DNA of 42,234 bases, taken from assembly GCA_013215915.1 (NCBI GenBank), contig JABSON010000003.1:1-42234 (forward strand). The letters run 5' to 3'. The notes under the pieces were generated by a model that was not told the DNA's origin, searched no databases, and saw only the letters and a program-made list of their open reading frames with translations. Source of the DNA: Campylobacteraceae bacterium. GTDB lineage: Bacteria > Campylobacterota > Campylobacteria > Campylobacterales > Arcobacteraceae. Position numbers and translations under genes: made by a program. Shown piece after piece: positions 37,830 through 42,234 of this stretch. Numbering within the stretch: position 1 is the stretch's first letter; each line of letters starts with the position of its first letter.

Positions 37830-39824
37830 ATGTTACAGTTTAACTTTTTTTTAAAGTTGTTAAAAGAATCTTTTAGAGATTTGATACCTATTGTTATAGT
37901 AATATTATTTTTCCAATTAGCTATTATACAATCAGTGCCATCAGATTGGATGACTACTACTATTGGATTAGTAATTGTTGGAATTGGTTTGGCTATTTTT
38001 TTACAAGGTCTAGAAATTGGAATATTTCCAGTAGGTGAAGGATTAGCACGTGATTTTGCAAAATCTGGATGGACTACTTGGATTCTAATTTTTGGTTTTT
38101 TAATTGGTTTTGGTACTACTATTGCTGAACCTGCTTTAGCAGTTATTGCTGATAAAGCTGCTTCTATTTCAGCAGGAAGAATTGATGCTACAGTCTTAAG
38201 ATTAGTAGTTGCGGCTTCTGTTGGATTTGCGATACTTGTTGGTGTTCATAGAATTATTAAAGGTTATGCAATTCACTATTATATTATCTCTGGATATGTA
38301 ATTGTTGTAAGTATTACTTTTTTTGCACCTTCTGAAATTATTGGACTTGCTTACGATTTAGGTGGAGTTACGACCTCTACTGTTACAGTTCCTCTAGTTG
38401 CTGCTTTGGGAATTGGACTTGCTACTTCAATTAAAGGAAGAAATCCTATTATTGATGGATTTGGTTTAATTGCTTTTGCTTCATTAACTCCAATGATTTT
38501 TGTACAAATTTATGGAATTGCAGTATATAATCTTGTTGATGCAAAAGAAGTTGCTCAAGTTCTTGTGCAAGCAAAAGTTTCATCTTCTTTAGATATAAGT
38601 CTAAATAGTTTAATAGCTGGACTTATTGATGTTGTTAAAGATGTTGTTCCTATTTTAGCAATTATTATGTTTTTCCAATATGCAGTACTTAAAAAAAGAA
38701 TTCAGAATCTTAAAACAGTTATTTTTGGTTTTGGACTTGTTATTTTAGGTTTATATGCATTTATTTTAGGTTTAGAGTTAGGTTTATTTAAACTTGGTGA
38801 AACTATGGCTTATGAATTAACTCAAAATTCATCTGTTTATATAATTTATGCTTTTGCATTTTGTATCGGTTTCTCAACTACAATGGCAGAACCTGCTTTA
38901 ATGGCAATTGCAAAAAAAGCAAAAGATATATCAGATGGCAAAATTAATGATTTTGCTTTAAGATTATTTGTAGCCTTTGGAGTTGCATTTGGTATTGCTT
39001 TAGGTGCATTCAGAATTGTTGATGGTGGACATATTCATTACTACATTATTGTAGGATATTTATGTGTTATTATTTTAACTTTTATTGCTCCTAAGTATAT
39101 TATTCCTATTGCTTATGATTCAGGTGGAGTTACAACTTCTACAATTACTGTTCCACTAGTCGCAGCACTTGGTATTGGATTAGCTTCTAATATTCCTGGA
39201 CGATCTCCCTTAATTGATGGATTTGGTTTAATTGCTTTTGCTTCATTATTCCCAATGATTACGGTTATGCTTTATGGTATACTCTCTGAGAAACTAGGTG
39301 TTAAATCTGATACAGAAATCGAAGCTGCTAATATTCTAAGAGATACTTTAGTTGATGCTGAAAATATGGATCTTGCAACTATTAATATTGATGGAAGCGA
39401 TAGAAGACATTCTCTTCCTATGGACTTTTCAGTTGTTGTAATAATAGTTCCAATGGATAAAAAAATTGATGCAATTGCAGCTGCTCATAAAGCTGGAGCT
39501 TCTGGTGTAACTATTCTTAAAGCTGATGGAATGGGACTTGGGAAAATGGATAACTTTTATAGAACTTCATTTGATGCAAATGATGCTTTATTAATGTTTA
39601 TTTTACCTCAAAGTTTAGTAAATCCAGTTATTAAATCAATTATACATTCACTTCATATTACAACTACAGGAAAAGGTATAGCATTTGCTTTTCCTCTAAG
39701 TCATATGAAAGGGATTTCTTTATCAAGACATGAGATTTTTGAAAATAGAAAAGATCATAAAAACCCAGTGAATAATCCTACTAAAGAAGAAGAAAAAGAT
39801 GATGAAAGAAATAAAAAATCTTGA
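37830..39824 (+). CDS. Fusion protein: tandem DUF1538 membrane domains plus a C-terminal PII (GlnB)-like domain
   Basis: Residues about 10-232 and 262-486 are clear paralogous repeats. Both contain TT[IM]AEPAL, HYYII.GY, AYD.GGVTTST.TVPLVAALGIGLA and IDGFGLIAFASL. Residues about 532-631 follow the PII beta-alpha-beta pattern: VVVIIVP...IDAIAAAHKAGASGVTILKADGMG...ALLMFILP...TTTGKGIAFAFPLSHMKG. Confidence 0.75.
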   Translation: MLQFNFFLKLLKESFRDLIPIVIVILFFQLAIIQSVPSDWMTTTIGLVIVGIGLAIFLQGLEIGIFPVGEGLARDFAKSGWTTWILIFGFLIGFGTTIAEPALAVIADKAASISAGRIDATVLRLVVAASVGFAILVGVHRIIKGYAIHYYIISGYVIVVSITFFAPSEIIGLAYDLGGVTTSTVTVPLVAALGIGLATSIKGRNPIIDGFGLIAFASLTPMIFVQIYGIAVYNLVDAKEVAQVLVQAKVSSSLDISLNSLIAGLIDVVKDVVPILAIIMFFQYAVLKKRIQNLKTVIFGFGLVILGLYAFILGLELGLFKLGETMAYELTQNSSVYIIYAFAFCIGFSTTMAEPALMAIAKKAKDISDGKINDFALRLFVAFGVAFGIALGAFRIVDGGHIHYYIIVGYLCVIILTFIAPKYIIPIAYDSGGVTTSTITVPLVAALGIGLASNIPGRSPLIDGFGLIAFASLFPMITVMLYGILSEKLGVKSDTEIEAANILRDTLVDAENMDLATINIDGSDRRHSLPMDFSVVVIIVPMDKKIDAIAAAHKAGASGVTILKADGMGLGKMDNFYRTSFDANDALLMFILPQSLVNPVIKSIIHSLHITTTGKGIAFAFPLSHMKGISLSRHEIFENRKDHKNPVNNPTKEEEKDDERNKKS

Positions 39825-40140
39825 TGAAGTAAATAATATAATTAATACAGGGAAACCTGTATTATTATATTTCTCAGGTGAAAACTGTTCACTATGCCAC
39901 GCTCTTAAACCTAAAATAGAAAAGTCTTTTAAAGACGATCTTCCAAAACTTGAAATATTAGAAATAAAAACTGATGTACATAAAGAACTTACAAGCCATT
40001 TTACGGTATTTTCTTTACCAACTATACTTGTTTATTTTGACTCAAAAGAGTTCAAAAGAATTGGCAGAAATATATCTGTTCCAATTTTTACACAAGAAAT
40101 TAAAAGAATTTATGATTTATATGAAGAAGCTAATCTTTAG
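39799..40140 (+). CDS. Thioredoxin-fold protein with CxxC (CSLC) motif
   Basis: 113 aa. PVLLYFSGENCSLCHALKP, then the cis-Pro-like VFSLPTILVY. It overlaps the upstream gene by 26 nt. Confidence 0.65.
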   Translation: MMKEIKNLDEVNNIINTGKPVLLYFSGENCSLCHALKPKIEKSFKDDLPKLEILEIKTDVHKELTSHFTVFSLPTILVYFDSKEFKRIGRNISVPIFTQEIKRIYDLYEEANL

Positions 40141-40164
40141 TTTTCTTCAAATATGTGAGGAAAT

Positions 40165-40584
40165 ATGAAAAGAACTTTATTAATATTTTTAATTGTTTTT
40201 ATTTTAATGCAATTTATACAATTAGATGAAACAAACCCCAATCAAAATAAAAGTGATGAAATACAGGCACCTATTGAAATTATGACAATGTTTAACAATT
40301 CTTGTTATGCTTGCCATTCAAATCAAACAATATGGCCTATTTATAGTTCAATTGCACCATTTTCATGGATAATTAATTCGCATGTTAAAAATGGCAGAAA
40401 AGCTTTGGATTTTACATCTTGGGAGAAGTATTCTGAAGAAGATAAAAAACTTAAATTAAAAGCAATTTATAGAACTGTATATGCAGCTATGCCTTTAGCT
40501 TCATATGTATCTTTACATGAAGAAGCAGCCTTGAGCAAAAAACAAAGAGAAAAAATTAGAGCTTGGACAGGAGTTAGAAGATAA
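40165..40584 (+). CDS. Haem-binding-domain protein (single CxxCH, N-terminal membrane anchor)
   Basis: N-terminal TM/signal LLIFLIVFILMQFI. CYACHSNQTIWPIYSSIAPFSWIINSHVKNGRKALDFTSWE matches the Haem_bd-type domain pattern as I recall it. Confidence 0.65.
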   Translation: MKRTLLIFLIVFILMQFIQLDETNPNQNKSDEIQAPIEIMTMFNNSCYACHSNQTIWPIYSSIAPFSWIINSHVKNGRKALDFTSWEKYSEEDKKLKLKAIYRTVYAAMPLASYVSLHEEAALSKKQREKIRAWTGVRR

Positions 40585-42234
40585 TGATAAATCTTGAAGT
40601 AAAAGAATTATTAGAAGATAGAACTAAGCTTTTAACTATAACTTATTTTAAATTACAAAAATTATTTGAAAAAAAGTATGGAAAAAATACTGTAGTTTTA
40701 ATGGAGATAGGAACGTTTTTTGAAGTATATGAAGTAAATAATGATTCCTTACAAATTGGTAAAGCTAAAGAAATTGCAGAACTTCTTAATATTCAATTAA
40801 CAAGAAAAAATAAATCTATTTTAGAAAACTCACAAGAAAATCCAATTATGGCAGGAGTTCCTGCAATTGCGTTTGATAAACATTTAGCCAGAATTATAGG
40901 TGAGCAAAAATATACTGTTGTCATTATTAGACAAAGAGGAACTCCCCCTAATGTAAATAGATACTTGGACACAGTTGTTTCTCCTGGAACAAATTTTGAT
41001 TTTATAATTGATCAAGATGAAAATAATATTACATCTTTATGTGTTGATATTAATAAAGGTATTTATTCTGTTGGATATTCTGCTATTGATGTTACAACTG
41101 GAAAGTGTTATTATAATGAAGTTCATGGAACTAGTGAAGATAAATATTATGCTTTAGATGAGTGTTTTAATTATATGAATATGCATAAAACAAATGAAGT
41201 AATATTGAGTTTTTGTGATAAAAGTATAAATCAAAAAGAAATTATTGAATACATAGAACTAAGCCTAAAAACTTTTCATATTTCATCTTTTAGACCTAAA
41301 ATTGTTTATCAAAATGAATTATTTAAAAATGTATTTAATATTGAATCTTTACTTACTTCAATAGAGCATCTTGATATGGAAAGAGTTCCTTTAAGTACTG
41401 AGTGTTTAGCTATATTAATTGATTTTGTGATATCTCATGATGATAAAATTATCCAAAAACTTTCAACACCTATTAAATTAGATGTCTCAAAATATATTTA
41501 CTTAGGTAATAACGCATTAGAGCAGTTAAATATAATTGAAAGTTCTCATAATCCTTCTTTAATTAAATTAATTAATAATACTTCAACTGCTATGGGAAAA
41601 AGACTATTAAAAGAGAGATTATCTCATCCTGTGAAAGATGAAAAAGAATTATTAAGAAGATATGCTTTATCTAAAGATTTATATGATTACCATGCACCAA
41701 TTGAGAGTGAATTAGCTAATATTTATGATATAGAAAGATTAACAAGAAGAATTAAATTAACAAGACTTCATCCTTTTGAATTAAATTATTTATATGATTC
41801 ACTTTTATCAATAAAAGAAGTTGTAAAGTTTATGGAAAATTATAAGTTTTTTAGCTCGCCTTGTACATCTGCTGAACTTGCTATTTTTATTGAATCAATT
41901 GAATCTACATTTGATTTAGAGATAAGTGGTAAGTTTATGCTTAAAGATATTGACCATAATATGGTTCATCATGGAATTAATTCACAAATTGATGAATTAA
42001 TGTCTGAGAATGAAAGATTAAAAGATAAACTTGAACTTATAAAAGATCATATTTTATCATTTATGAAAAGCAAAGATAAATCATTTGTAAGTATAAATAG
42101 ATTAGATAAAGAAGGATTTTTCTTAGGCCTTACAAAAAGTAGATTTAATTTAGTTAAAGATGAATTAATGAATTCACATCTAATTTTAGATGATGACTTA
42201 CTTTTATTTAAAGATTTTAAAATTAAAATCCAAA
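40584..42234 (+). CDS. mutS: MutS1-type DNA mismatch-repair protein (partial; continues past the window end)
   Basis: Not in the track because it has no stop inside the window. ATG at 40584 in an ATGA overlap with the upstream stop. Domain I-like EIGTFFEVYEVNND...LTRKNK...PIMAGVP. The later segment TSTAMGKRLLKERLSHPVKDEKELLRRY...IYDIERLTRRI matches the MutS core/clamp motifs. Confidence 0.8.
   Translation, partial: MINLEVKELLEDRTKLLTITYFKLQKLFEKKYGKNTVVLMEIGTFFEVYEVNNDSLQIGKAKEIAELLNIQLTRKNKSILENSQENPIMAGVPAIAFDKHLARIIGEQKYTVVIIRQRGTPPNVNRYLDTVVSPGTNFDFIIDQDENNITSLCVDINKGIYSVGYSAIDVTTGKCYYNEVHGTSEDKYYALDECFNYMNMHKTNEVILSFCDKSINQKEIIEYIELSLKTFHISSFRPKIVYQNELFKNVFNIESLLTSIEHLDMERVPLSTECLAILIDFVISHDDKIIQKLSTPIKLDVSKYIYLGNNALEQLNIIESSHNPSLIKLINNTSTAMGKRLLKERLSHPVKDEKELLRRYALSKDLYDYHAPIESELANIYDIERLTRRIKLTRLHPFELNYLYDSLLSIKEVVKFMENYKFFSSPCTSAELAIFIESIESTFDLEISGKFMLKDIDHNMVHHGINSQIDELMSENERLKDKLELIKDHILSFMKSKDKSFVSINRLDKEGFFLGLTKSRFNLVKDELMNSHLILDDDLLLFKDFKIKIQ

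Noticed and set aside
39974-40168. 64-aa same-strand alternate-frame ORF overlapping the thioredoxin-fold gene
   Set aside because: It is embedded in another frame of a gene with a clear CxxC thioredoxin-fold pattern. It has no SD and no motif.

Overview
This is a very AT-rich, densely packed chromosomal segment. Gene content and order look like Campylobacterota, probably Arcobacter/Aliarcobacter-like; that assignment is inferred from the protein families, not from any search. About 50 genes are present, mostly on the + strand and mostly housekeeping: groES-groEL behind a perfect CIRCE operator, glmS, metK, accD, thiE, rlmH, a dksA-like gene, dus, prmA, ftsH, leuA, xseA, ubiE/menG, panD, ybaB, ispA, tdk, cheW, and the 5' part of a MutS1-type gene. 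I found no rRNA, tRNA, CRISPR array, transposase, integrase or recognisable defence island. Two edge-truncated genes are missing from the ORF track: an EF-hand protein on the minus strand at 1-352 and mutS from 40584. None of the following candidates can be called a new system from sequence alone; each needs a homology or structure search.

1. A single 664-aa membrane protein made of two tandem DUF1538 repeats fused to a C-terminal PII(GlnB)-like domain. It sits in a tight operon with a CxxC thioredoxin-fold protein and a CxxCH haem-binding-domain protein.
2. A chromosomal orphan ParA/MinD-type ATPase translationally coupled to an 82-aa tail-anchored coiled-coil protein.
3. An atypical 0.92-kb non-coding gap after groEL. 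It holds a decayed Hcp-type Sel1-repeat gene and, on the minus strand, an orphan promoter-SD-terminator unit of about 165 nt with no credible ORF.
4. A copZ-arsR-copA operon with a 13-bp inverted-repeat operator straddling the -10 box.
5. A 25-codon leucine-containing leader ORF behind a perfect consensus promoter upstream of leuA.
6. A PepSY-TM gene whose real N-terminus is out of frame by one AT unit of an (AT)4 run.
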